A stretch of DNA of 64,000 nucleotides from Candidatus Nomurabacteria bacterium. Lineage in GTDB: Bacteria > Patescibacteriota > Minisyncoccia > Phycocordibacterales > UBA5272. Shown one piece after another: positions 28,766 through 41,600 of the stretch (positions are counted from its first letter, which is position 1; each line of letters opens with the position of its first letter). Under the pieces are notes generated by a model. The model saw nothing but the letters and a program-made list of their open reading frames with translations. It was not told where the DNA came from and did not search any database. The stretch spans positions 18,830-82,829 of the forward strand of contig JAQBRF010000004.1 of assembly GCA_028286645.1 (NCBI GenBank), read 5' to 3'. Made by a program: the position numbers and the translations under genes.

Positions 28766-29404
28766 ATGAAAAAACTTGCCTTTAGTAGAGAGCTTAAAAA
28801 AATAGGAGTGATCGGAGTAGATGAAGTAGGAAGAGGGCCGCTTGCGGGACCTGTTACAGTATGCGCCACATATTTAATGGATCCATTATTAGTAAAAAAA
28901 GATCTTTTTCTTGATACCGTTAGAGATTCTAAAAAGATTAATAAAGCTTTACGCAATAGCATATATCAAACTATTAGAAATAAACGAACAAATATTTACC
29001 TAGTAAAATATGCTATAAAATCTAAAAGTGCTTCTTACATTGATACTCACGGAATTAGTAAAGCTATCCGGAATTGTGTCAAAGAGGTTATTTTAGATTT
29101 AAAGAAACAAGGAGTACCTGTATATAGCATTAAAGTTAACTTAGATGCGGGTTTAAAAGTGGCAATAGAAGGAGTAGTTGAAGAGAGCTATATAAAAGGT
29201 GATGAGAGGTATGTAGAGATAGCTCTTGCTTCTATAATTGCTAAGGAGTATAGAGATTCTTATATGAAAAGAATTGCTAAGGAGCATAGTAATTACTCTT
29301 GGGAAAGAAATGTAGGATATGGAACAAAAGAGCATAGAGAAGCGATTACAAAGTTTGGACCCTGCAAACATCATAGAAACAGTTTCCTAAAGGCATTTAA
29401 ATAG
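28766..29404 (+). CDS. rnhB: Ribonuclease HII
   Basis: GVDEVGRGPLAGPV motif. Confidence 0.8.
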   Translation: MKKLAFSRELKKIGVIGVDEVGRGPLAGPVTVCATYLMDPLLVKKDLFLDTVRDSKKINKALRNSIYQTIRNKRTNIYLVKYAIKSKSASYIDTHGISKAIRNCVKEVILDLKKQGVPVYSIKVNLDAGLKVAIEGVVEESYIKGDERYVEIALASIIAKEYRDSYMKRIAKEHSNYSWERNVGYGTKEHREAITKFGPCKHHRNSFLKAFK

Positions 29405-29639
29405 TTAGGTATTCCGGATAGTTAATAAATGTGACAGAAAAAAGGGCTTAAAAACAGATTATTAGCTCTTAGAATTAAATATTTAAAATAAAGGATGAAT
29501 TCAGCGGTTTTCTGCAATTTTTTAGCCATTGATTTAACTAAAAATCCTTTTTGCCATAAGGTTTTTTTAAGCGTCCTTTATCCCCAGTTTTTTCACATAT
29601 TGTGCACAGAATTTTATATACTTTGAATAAGTTAAATTC

Positions 29640-32600
29640 ATGAAAAAAGGTATTAAAAAATGTGGAGCAAAAGTTTGGGTTATTTTTTTTACATTTATTT
29701 TAATTTCATCTTTTTCTGCTAATAGCTCAGTTCATGCAGCCGAAAGCAAAATTCTCAATTTCCCGGTCTATCCATTACAAAGTGTAATAAGATTTATTTC
29801 ATTTAAAACATTTTCTTTGTATTCTGTTTCATCGCATGCATATGCCCTAGCTCATAACCTGCCACAATTTGCGCCAACGAAACTTTCAGCCATACCATCG
29901 ATTAAAACTGACGAGTTATCGCCTCTTTTAAATATAGGAAATAGTGCCAGCCAAAATACTGTCATATTATCAGATGCTGTCAATGAGCTTGGCTGCGAGT
30001 TAGTTAAATTTATTAGGATTAATTTATGCGCAGGTGAGAGTAACTTTGTGACGCCGAAATTAGCGATGAATAAAGTAGATAATAATGATTTAGTTATCGA
30101 TTCTGCTATTCCACGGCAAATTGCTATAGTAGGAGAAGAACTTCATTCGCCGCTTATTGAGTCAATAAAAAACTTTGCTTTAAATTTAAATACTGCAACT
30201 GTGCCAAAGCAGCAACCTTATGAAGAAATCCAAAATGATATTCCAGATCTCAAATTTAACTTTCCGCGCTTAGCAGAGTTTAGCCTTCTTCCTTTTAAGC
30301 AATATTCATCATTTGCAACAGGAGATAATAAAGCAAGCGCTCAAGGAATTTCGGTTCCAGTGAAGAAGAGTACACTGCCATTTTTAGACAGATTATCACT
30401 TTCTGTTTTCTGTAAAATAAAATCTTTATCAGGAGTCGTTGATGAAAACAGATGCAGTTATGATTCGCTTGCGGGAAACTTTTTAATAAACAATTTAGCA
30501 AATTTAAATGATGGCAATACTCAGCCATCAACACTAAATAGTAGTGGGGCCACTTCAACCTCAACAGGCTCCTCTAACACTCCTCAAGACACTTTTACAA
30601 ACTCTGGAAATATTTCAAAACCGGTTTATATAACTCAGTATCTCACTAAGTATATTACTCTTGCGGGTTCTCCGGGTCCTAAAGGTCCTTCTGGTGTAGA
30701 TGGAAAAGATGGCCTAGATGGAATGAGTGGTCAGAATGGAGCTAACTCACAAGGAGGATTCGGAGGATTTATTAATCCATCAAGTTCTTATGTTGCGCCG
30801 ACTCCGTATGTGGCGCAAAGCCTTGTGGGGATTTCTACTATTGGATATTTGCGTGATACTACGATTGAGTATGCGAAGTTTAATTATGGTACAGCTAATA
30901 ATCTAAGCCTGATAAGCCCTACTGTAGATAACGGCGTGTTTAACGGAACGAATATATTTAATGGAGGCGTACGATTTAATGATAATGTAGACATAAACAT
31001 CCTAACTGCCACCTCGAGTAATTTCCTAAATTCAAGCACGACAAATTCGTTTGCAAATAATTTTTCTGCAGTAAATTCTATACTTGGGGATGCAATCATA
31101 ACAAATGCGAATGTAACTAATTCGACTACGACAAATCAGTCTACAACTAATTTAAATCTTACAAACGGTACTACAAGTAATCAATTTATTAATAATCTTG
31201 CGGTAATTAATTCCACAACGACAAATGCGAGCACCACAAATAGCTACATAAGTAATTTATTAAATGATAATAGTACCACTACCAACTTGGTAGTTACAAA
31301 TGCAAGCACAACGAATGCGACTACTACGAATTCTTTTATTTCTAAATTATGGTCCACTCTTGCTAACATTACTGATCTAATAATTGGCAATGCCACAACA
31401 ACTAATCTATTTGCTGCGAATGCGACTTCCACCAACTTCTTTTCAACTCTTGCCCGCATCACGGGTCTCACAGTAGATAATTCAGTTACAACTAATGCAA
31501 CGACTACAAATGGCTACATATCTAATTTAACTAATGATAATGGAAATATCGGAAATCTTGTCGTAACTAATGCAAGCACAACTAATGGCACCACGACAAA
31601 TAGTTACATAGCAAATTTAGCAAATACAAACGCGGTGATTACCAATGCTACGACCACAAATTCTTTCATTGCACGATTGTGGTCCACTTTAGGCGATATA
31701 ACAGGATTAAATACAGTTAATTTGACCGCTACGAATGCTACTAGTACAAATTTCTTTTCAACCCTTGCCCGCATCACGGGTCTTACTGTCGATAATTCCG
31801 TTACGACTAATGCAACCACAACAAATAGTTTTATTGCAAATCTGACTGCAGATAATGCTGTAATTAACAATATCAATTTTGGCAGCGCTTCATCTACAAA
31901 CTCGACGTCGACAAATGGTTTTATTGCAAACCTAACGATGAATAACGGAACATCAACGAACTTCTTTACTCAAAACCTTTCCGTTGGAAATACAAATGTT
32001 AGCGGCAATCAAACAATTAATGGTACGTTCACTGTTTTAGGTACTACCACACTCGGAGCAGCAACGACAATTGTGGGGAATATACTCTTGGGGACAAGTA
32101 CCTCGAATTTTATAACAGTAAATGGCCTATTTAATTCTCATCTGGTTCCCGCGCAAAATATTACATACGATCTGGGTTCCCCATCATTTTATTATAGGAC
32201 TTTATATGTTGATACCATTACCGCAAATACCGTTTCTGCTGTTAGCTCTACGATCAATGGAACAACAAATAGTTCATTTTCAATAAACGCAGATAATGTT
32301 TCCGCAGACGCAGAAGATTCTACCCTTGTCTTTTTTAGAGGATTAGTTACTCCGAATGCAGTTATTAGGTGGAATTCCATTTCGAAGAGATTGGAGGCGA
32401 ATATGTCTATTAATGTTATGAATGAAACTCCTGTAACCGGTTCCACCACTTTTTCAGTACAGGGAGGGGCTGGTCAGGGAACAACACCGTTATTTAAGCT
32501 GCTAGATAATTCTGAGAACACTCTTTCATACTTTGACCAAAATGGCTCATTAGGAATTGGGACTAGTACGATCACCTCAGGGGCGAAGGTGGATGTATGG

Positions 32601-35600
32601 GGTAATTTAAATGTAGGAACTTCTTCAACCCCGACACTGTTTGCTAACACGGCCACAGGAAATGTGGGGATTGGGACTTCAACTCCTGGCTCTACTCTCA
32701 CAGTTGCGGGCACTGGGTTATTTACCAGCAACCTTTCAACTCTTGGCACTTTAGGGGTCAGCGGACAGACTACCTTAACAACAGCATCCTCAACTGCATT
32801 TACTGCCACGACTCTCTTTTCCACAACGGGGACTATTGCAAACTTAATAAATACTAATGCAACCTCATCTAATTTATTTGCAAGTCTTGGGACGCTGGGA
32901 GCCTTAACGGTAACTGGTCAAACTGTTTTATCTAACGCTTCTACCACCAACCTAACAGTCTCTGGAAACCTATACAGTACCAATCAAATTACCACTACAG
33001 AAACAGTAACTAACTCTTCCACTACCAACCAAACAACTTCTGGTAACACCTACTTCTCCGGATTAACCGCAGGTTCTATCCCATTTATTGGTGGAGGTGG
33101 CTTACTAAGCCAGAACAATGCAAATCTATTCTGGGACAATACGAATGCGAGGTTAGGGGTGGGGACGACGACGCCGGGAGCACTTCTAACCGTTTCTTCT
33201 TCTACCGCAACGGGAACTACTGGATTATTTAGCATAGCGACTTCATCAAATCCTCTGCTTAGTGTGCTGGCAAATGGAATTATTCAATTGAAAACTGGCA
33301 GGGTTAATAATGGAGTGCAATTTATAGGTGGAGTGGGAGGAAGTTTAGAATTTACTAACTCTGCAAGCGGCGTATTTTCTGCACAAGGTAATGGTCTAGG
33401 ACAAGTGACATGGAATGGAACAGAAGTAGATTTAGGAAATAACTTCGGCGTAGCGGGAAGATTCAATTGTGTGTCGGGAAGCTGCCGAACAAGCTTTAAC
33501 AGTACAAATTTTCCTGTAGCCACGGCGCAAAACTTTTTCAAGTCTAATGCAGATGGAAACATCGGAATGATCATTGCTCAGAATTCTGTATCACAAACAG
33601 GAGACTTATTTCAGTTAACAGATTCAGCCGGGACATCTGTACTCTCTACATTTTCAGCATCTGGCAGTTTAGGTATCGGTTCCACCACTCCCGGCTCCAA
33701 ACTGTCTATAACCGGAACAAGCGGAGCCACTACGCCGCTATTTACTGTCGCTTCCTCTACAAACTCTGTAATATTTAATGTGCTTGCTAATGGAAATGTA
33801 GGAATTGGTACTACAACACCAGATCAGAAACTTGTCGTTGAGGGGAATAACCCAGCAATTGCGATTAACAACACCGGATCTGGAAGTGGAAATTTCCCTA
33901 TATTTATATTAAGACATGCTGGCGCAGACAAATCATATTTATATTGGGACAATGCAAATAGTTTTACAAAATTTAGTTCTGCAGGAGCCTTGCGGTTTGA
34001 TACAAATGGCTTAGGAAATACAAATATGACTCTTCTTGCTAATGGCAACCTCGGCATCGGTACCACCACTCCCTCCACCAAACTCTCCGTTGCCGGCAAT
34101 GGCCTCTTCGACGGAGTTGTAACAGCATCTAACTTCGTAGCAACGTCGACCGCACCTTCCACATTTACTAATGCAACTATTACAAATGCTTCTACCACAA
34201 ATACTACCGGGACAGGACTTACATTTACTAATGGATTATTCTTAAATTCGCTTGCTTCTAACGGTACATTAAATATTACAGGTCAAACTGTCCTAGCTAA
34301 CGCTTCCACCACTAACCTCTCAATCTCAGGAAATCTTTATGCACCTAATTTTCTTGGAACAACAGGATCCTTTAGTACTTTAAGCGCAACGAATGCTTCT
34401 ACTACTAACTTTACTAATTCAAACAATTCATACTTCTCCGCCCTCACCGCAGGCTCCATCCCATTTATTGGTGGAGGTGGACTACTAAGCCAGAACAATG
34501 CAAACCTATTCTGGGACAATACGAATGCGAGGTTAGGGGTGGGGACTACGACACCCATAGCTAAGCTAAGCGTATCCGATGCAACTAATTATGGAAACGT
34601 AACTGCTGATCAAACAAAGTTCGGAAGCTATTATTTATATTCTCCCCAAGCTGTTATTACAGGAACTTCTACTGCTCCAGCAGGAACGTATATTGGAGTT
34701 AATAGCGATTTAAATGGAAGCAATATTTCACTAACCTCTTCTAGCAATTTCATAGGGACTAATTTAAGTTCTATTAAAGGGTCTGTGTCAGGCTCTCCCG
34801 TGGTTAATCTAAATCTTAATGCAAATACGGGACTGGGCTTTGTATCTACTGCTGCAATCGAAGGAAATGCAAATGTAACTCCCGTTTATATCAGCGGAGA
34901 TCAATTATTCTTTAATTCCTATGGAGGACAGTTTACAAACACTAGTGGAAATGGAGTATCTACGACTCCAACATCAAATATATATGGTATTAATGCATCA
35001 TCAAATAGTAATTTGGCGAGAGGATCTCATTATGGAGGTAATTTTATCGCTGCAGGAACAGCGTCAAGTAATTATGGGGTAAGAGTTGCAAGCGTATCCG
35101 GAGCTGGAAGTAATTATGGATTAATGATTGATACTGTGGCGGCATCTTCTACTAACTATGCGCTTTATTCAGGTGCATTAGCGCAAAGCTATTTTGCGGG
35201 CAACGTCGGAATTGGCACGCTGTCTCCTACGGGGAAGTTTTCGATTATCACTTCACCAAGCGGTATGATAGACGCTCCAGCGATGGATATACTATCGACT
35301 CATGCTATCGGTTCTGTTACGACCTCGGGGGTGCGTACGTTTACTATGGCAAGTTCGACATATAATCCTTCAGCCACTCTTAGTAATAGTAGCGTTTCAG
35401 GAACTAATGTAATTATTGCAAACGGAAACACTCAGAATATTAATTTAAACAACTTCACATTAAGTGACGTAACAGGAGTTGGAGCGAGAAACGCTCTAAC
35501 AGTAAATGGCTATACTGCAACTCTTACGGGTAGTCCAGTAATAAATGATACAAATCCTGATGGCCTAGGCCAAGTGATAACAGTTGCGGGTTTTAGTGGA

Positions 35601-38600
35601 AACGTTAGCGTAACTCCAGCTGTTACTAGTCTTGTAAATATTGGGAATTTCAATTCCATAGCAGGTGAGTTCAATAATACTAGTTCTGATGGCGGTTCTA
35701 ATTTATCTTCTCTTGCCTATGGCATCAAAGTATCTAACACGGCTACTCTTGCTACGGCTAACGCTAGTGATCTTTATGGCGGATTCTTTAATGTTTCTGG
35801 TACAGCCACTAATGCCTACGGCCTTAAGGTAAATGTAATCGGGTCTACAAATAATCATGGTATGCTCATAAGCTCAGTTTCAGGAGGAGCTAGCAATTAT
35901 GGTTTGCGTATCGACACCGTGGCCGCATCCTCTACTAACTATGCGCTTTATTCAGGTGCATTAGCGCAAAGCTATTTTTCAGGCAATCTTGGTATCGGTA
36001 CAACTTCTCCAACTGAAAAACTCTCCGTTGCCGGCAACGGCCTATTTGACGGAGTAGTAACAGCATCAAATTTCTTTGCGACTTCCACCACCCCATCAAC
36101 ATTTATAAATGCTTCCACTACTAACCTAACAGTCTCAGGAAACCTATATAGTACTAACCAAATTACAACCACAGAAACAGTAACTAATTCTTCCACTACC
36201 AACCAAACAACTTCTGGTAACTCCTACTTCTCTGCTTTAACTTCCGGCTCTATCCCATTCATTGGTGCAGGAGGATTACTATCCCAGAACAACTCTAATC
36301 TCTTCTGGGACAACACGAATGCGAGGTTAGGGGTGGGAACGAGTACGCCAGTTAACGCTTTAACTGTGGTGGGTAATGGATTATTAACAGGAAGCTTAAC
36401 AGTAGGGAACGGAAGTACTAATGCCATAGTAGATATTAATGGTCTTTCATCAAATAGTGCTTTGCTTAGATTCTTGCGAAGCGGTACGGAAGCAGGAAGA
36501 ATAACATTTGCGAATAGTGCAGATATGACTTTCCAACTTGGTTCTAGTCCAGCAGAAATGATGAGAATTACTTCTGCGGGTAACATTGGAATCGGTTCCA
36601 CCACTCCTGGATCAAAGCTTTCTGTTACTGGTGCTTCTGGCAGTATTGCACCATTATTTACAGTCGCCTCATCAACGAACTCTGTACTATTTAATGTATT
36701 AGCGAATGGAAATGTTGGGATAGGAACGACCACCCCCCTTGCTGCTCTCCATGTCACAACCCAAGTGGCCGATATTGCTTACTTTAATAGCTCCATAAGT
36801 CCGCTGGGAAGATTATTTATAGCAGCACGTGGCGGACCAAATGGAGAGATAGAAATAGGAAACCATGATGGAGCTTACAGATTGCTGGACGTTCAGGGTT
36901 CGATACTTACATTTGGTGTGAGTGGTACTGAAAAAATGAGGATTGACGCATCTGGTAATATTGGTATCGGATCGACAACTCCAACGGCGAAATTCACAGT
37001 GTCCGGAGATAATGGAGCCGTGTCATCAGACAGCTTGGTGGTTTTCGGAGATAATTTAAATTCTGTAACAGGAGCTACCACAGCGAAACTTACAATTGGT
37101 AATATAGACGGTAATAGTGAACTTTTGATTGGGCAAGACGGAACACATAACTTGGTAAATGCTTGGATATATAATGCGACAGCGGCTAGTGGTTACGGAC
37201 TTATCGCAGGATATGGCGGAAATAATAATATAGTTCTCCAAAGGGACGGAGGAAATGTTGGAATAGGAGCTACCACTACTCCATCTGCTCGTCTTTCTAT
37301 AAAAGGAATAGGCACTACTACTGGTATCAATTTTCAGACTACTAACTCAAGCAATGTTCCGTTGTTTAGTATTTTAGATAATGGAAACGTGGGGATTGGA
37401 ACTTCTAGTCCAATAGCAAATTTACAAATTGGAAACACTACATCAGCCTCAACCGCTTCCCCAGTCACTTTATCACTTGGAGGAACCTTCAGTTCTGTCG
37501 CTGGGGCTAACTTGAAATTAAAATTATTCGATAGCGGAGCAAACGTCTACGGTCTCGGAGTATCAGCGAATTCTCTCGATGTATCTTCAGCGGCGGCATT
37601 AAATTTTTATACAAACGCAAGTACCACTCCAAGCATGACAGTGGCTGCGACAGGAAATGTTGGAGTTGGAACAGGCGCTCCGGTTTCGACCTTAAACGTA
37701 AATCAGTTAGCTGGAACTACCAAAGGCATATCCATTACAGGAGATGAAACATTTGCATCAGGTAATGGGTCTATAACATCTGGAGTGAGAATTGCCCTTG
37801 GGGTATCAAGAGCTAATAATCGTCAATTATGGCTTGGAGATATTGCCGCTTATGGAAGCTCGACAGCGGGACTTTTTAGATATAACACAGGGCAAACAGG
37901 CTGGGGAGGATTTGATGTGGTGAGTGGCGATGGTTCTAGTAGATTTCTTACAGTTGCGGGTAGTGACACTTCTAATGTTGGAATAGGATACAACGGATCA
38001 CCTGTTGACCCGACTTTATACACAGGAAAGTTAAATGTATTTTCTTATAACGATTCAGCTGCTTCTACTACCTTAAACTTAAGACATTTCGGAACAGCAA
38101 GTGGAAATTATTTAGATATAAAAAATAGCGCTGGAACCTTGCTGGCGACATTTACAAATGCTGGAAATATGGGAATAGGTGTAACATCTCCGACCTCGCT
38201 TCTATCGATTGCGTCTACTACAGCAAGTGGAGCCACAGGATTATTCTCAGTAGCCAGCTCATCTTCTATTTTTAATATACTTGCTAATGGAAACGTAGGG
38301 ATAGGTACAACAACTTCGATTCAAAAACTTGATGTAAATAGTTCCACATTTTTAGCAAACTCCGTTAATGGAGCATACGTAACAAGTGATAGTGCAGTAA
38401 CTAACAGCGCATATCTGGCTTCCAATGCTTATTATAATGGATCTAGTTGGCAGAAACCTTTTGCTCTTAAATCGGCCATATTTGGTTCAGCTGGTTCAGG
38501 AGCGTCGAAGGGGTTTTATATATATGGATCTGAAAGCACAACAGCCGGCACAATCTCAGACTTTGAAGAAAGGTTTAAGGTCCTTACTACAGGAAATGTA

Positions 38601-41600
38601 ATTATGGGAGTGGGTGCTGGAGGAGGCAACGTCGGCGTCGGCACCACCACCCCCTCCACTAAACTCTCCGTTGCCGGCAATGGCCTATTTGACGGAGTGG
38701 TAACAGCATCAAACTTTGTTGCTACTTCAACTACTCCTTCTACATTTATAAATGCTTCTACTACTAACCATACAAACTCTGGTAACAATTACTTCTCTGC
38801 TTTAACTTCCGGCTCCATCCCATTTATTGGTGCAGGCGGCTTACTAAGCCAGAACAATGCTAATCTGTTTTGGGACAACACTAATGGGAGGTTAGGGGTG
38901 GGGACGACAACGCCAGGATCCCTCCTTACTGTCTCATCTTCCACAGCAACAGGGACTACTGACCTCTTCTCGGTTTCTACATCATCACCAATATTTAACA
39001 TACTTGCGAATGGCAACATCGGAATCGGGACAACAACCCCGACAGACAAACTTTTTGTTTCTGGTACGTTTTCAGCGGGAACAAGTACGCTAAATAACCT
39101 TATTGTTACAAATACTAGCACATCAACATTTGCTGGTGCGGTACAAATTACAAAATCTACAGTGGGACCTACTACCGTATTAACATTGAAAAATGGCCAA
39201 TTTAATGTAGGAGATACTTCAGATATACTTTTCTCTCACGGCAACTTGCAAGCTTTTTCAAAAATTAGCTCATCACTTCCCGGTAGTAATCAGACCCATC
39301 TAGCCTTCTACACTAGTTCAAATACAAACTCTTTAGTTGAAGCGATGAGGATTGATGGAAATGGAAAGGTGGGAATAGGAACATCAAGCCCAGCTAATTT
39401 ACTTCACATATCTGGAAATGGCGATAGTCGAGTGATGTCTGAAACAACAGGGGCAGATACTGTAGGCACTGCGGGTTTTGTTATGAAAGGAGGAGGAACA
39501 AACGCACAATGGCAAATATTTACTAACCGTTCAGATCTTGCCGGAGCTGCAGATAATTTTGCCATTCGTAAAAATGCCGGCACGACAGGAGTAAAGTTGG
39601 TCATTCAAGATAACGGAAATGTCGGTATTGGAACAACCACACCTATTTATTCCTTAGATGTAGTCGGTAATATTCGTACGGCTGGTGCTGCTTCTGGTTT
39701 CATTATGAATAACCGAGCGACAAATCAGACTTCAGCACAATGGTATAGTCCAACAGCTGGAGAAACAAGGCTCTTTGACCATGTTGCAGGATTGGATCGA
39801 TTTACTATAAATTCGTCCGGAAGCGTAGGTATTGGAACTACTACCCCTGGTAACACTTTAAGCGTTGAAGGTTCGGGTAACGTAGCTAGATTCGGCACAT
39901 CGGCAAATGCATTTTCATTCATTCAGGTAGATTCTAATAATGCAACAATTAAGAATGTATTCGGAACGGATATTAGCGGTACTCCCACAGGATTCTTAGG
40001 AACTCTTACCAATCATGATCTCATTCTTCGTACAAATAATACAGAAAAGGTACGTATAACAACTGGTGGAAATGTCGGTATTGGAGTAAGCCCCGCTCTC
40101 GCAAGACTACAAGTAAACGATGGTGGCGGTACTGCTGCGAGTGAAATTTTAAGTTTGCAAACAGGTTACGCAGCTAACAGCGCCCAAAAAGCCTTAACCT
40201 GGAGAGATGGGGTAAATATTACAGGCCAAATAGACACAAGATACGATGGCACATCAATCGATATGGTCTTTGGACATCTTTATAATTCTGGTTATAACAC
40301 AACGGATAGAATGGTGATTAAAGGTACAGGAAATGTGGGTATCGGAACGCTTGCGCCGTTTAGTAGACTACATGTAGCCCAAGATGTAACACAATATTCT
40401 ACATCGGGAACTTTTGCTCAATTGGAAGTTACGGGTGGAACAAATATTAACCAAAGACTGGCTATTGGATATAACACATCTACGAACGTCGGTTTTATTC
40501 AAGCTATAATAAATGGAGTTTCATTTCAGCCGCTTGCTCTCCAGCCGCTGGGTGGTAATGTCGGTATTGCGACATCAACCCCAGGACAAGCTCTTGCTGT
40601 AGTTGGTACCATCCAGCAATCTGCCGCAAAGAGCTGTGCTCTTTCATCGAATGCCTCAGGAGATATCATTTGTACGTCTGACGAGCGTTTGAAAGATATT
40701 GCTGGAATATATAATGGAGGCATCGGACAATTGCTTTCGATTAATCCAATCAGATTCAATTATAAAAATGAATCATACCAGCACGTTGGATTCTCTGCGC
40801 AAAATATCGCATCGGTTCTTCCAGAAGGTGCTCCAATCCAATCTAATGGATTCTATGGATTAGACTCAAATGCAGTACTTGCTCTTACACTTAATTCCGT
40901 GAAAGATATAGCTCATAGAATCGATTTCTCAAATGCTCCAAACTCTGCATCCCTTATTATAGATAACTTAGGAGGAATCATGGCTAAAAACTTTATGACT
41001 GACACCACTTCGTCAGTTGCAGAAAGGTTCCCAGCAGAAGAAGCGGTGGATGTAGGAACTGTAGTGGCATTTGGAGACTCATCATATTCATTTAATGACA
41101 TTCATGCATCATCTACTGACACATACAGCATGTCAGGTGTTAGAAAGGCTCGCACTCAAGGAGAAGCAATTGGTGTGGTCACATCAAATGCCGGACTTAT
41201 AACAGGAACATCAAGCAATGGCGGCGTACCGGTGGTATTTTCTGGACGCACTGTCGTTCAAGTTACGAATGAATATGGCCCAATTCAAAAAGGAGATTAT
41301 TTAACACTTTCTACTACTACTCCAGGAAAAGCTACGAAGATGTCAGGAGAAGGACAATCTCTCGGTGTAGCGGTATCCGCTGATAATGGTTCTGGCAGAA
41401 TCCTTGTAGTACTTAATACTGGATATCAAAAGGTTGATACTAACAGCCGGGCAATTTCTACAAGCGGAATGCTTACCACTGGAAACTTGGATCTTAATGC
41501 CAATGGCGTAGCGATTTTGAATATTAAATCTCTTGCGTCCGCAAACGGCACTTGGTCTATCAATGAAGATGGGCGTATCATCGCAAAGATTCTTTGTCTG

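Noticed and set aside
31000-32000. Periodic ~120-300-bp repeats that could superficially resemble a CRISPR or tandem-repeat array
   Set aside because: The repeats are in-frame coding repeats of the giant protein. There is no repeat-spacer architecture, no leader and no cas genes.
30295-41101. More than 20 minus-strand ORFs of 60-180 aa inside the giant gene (e.g. 36224-36757, 33824-34198)
   Set aside because: They are antisense shadows of a repetitive, low-complexity coding region. They have V/P/A-rich translations, no SDs, and are completely nested in a continuous 12-kb ORF with signal peptide and domain logic.
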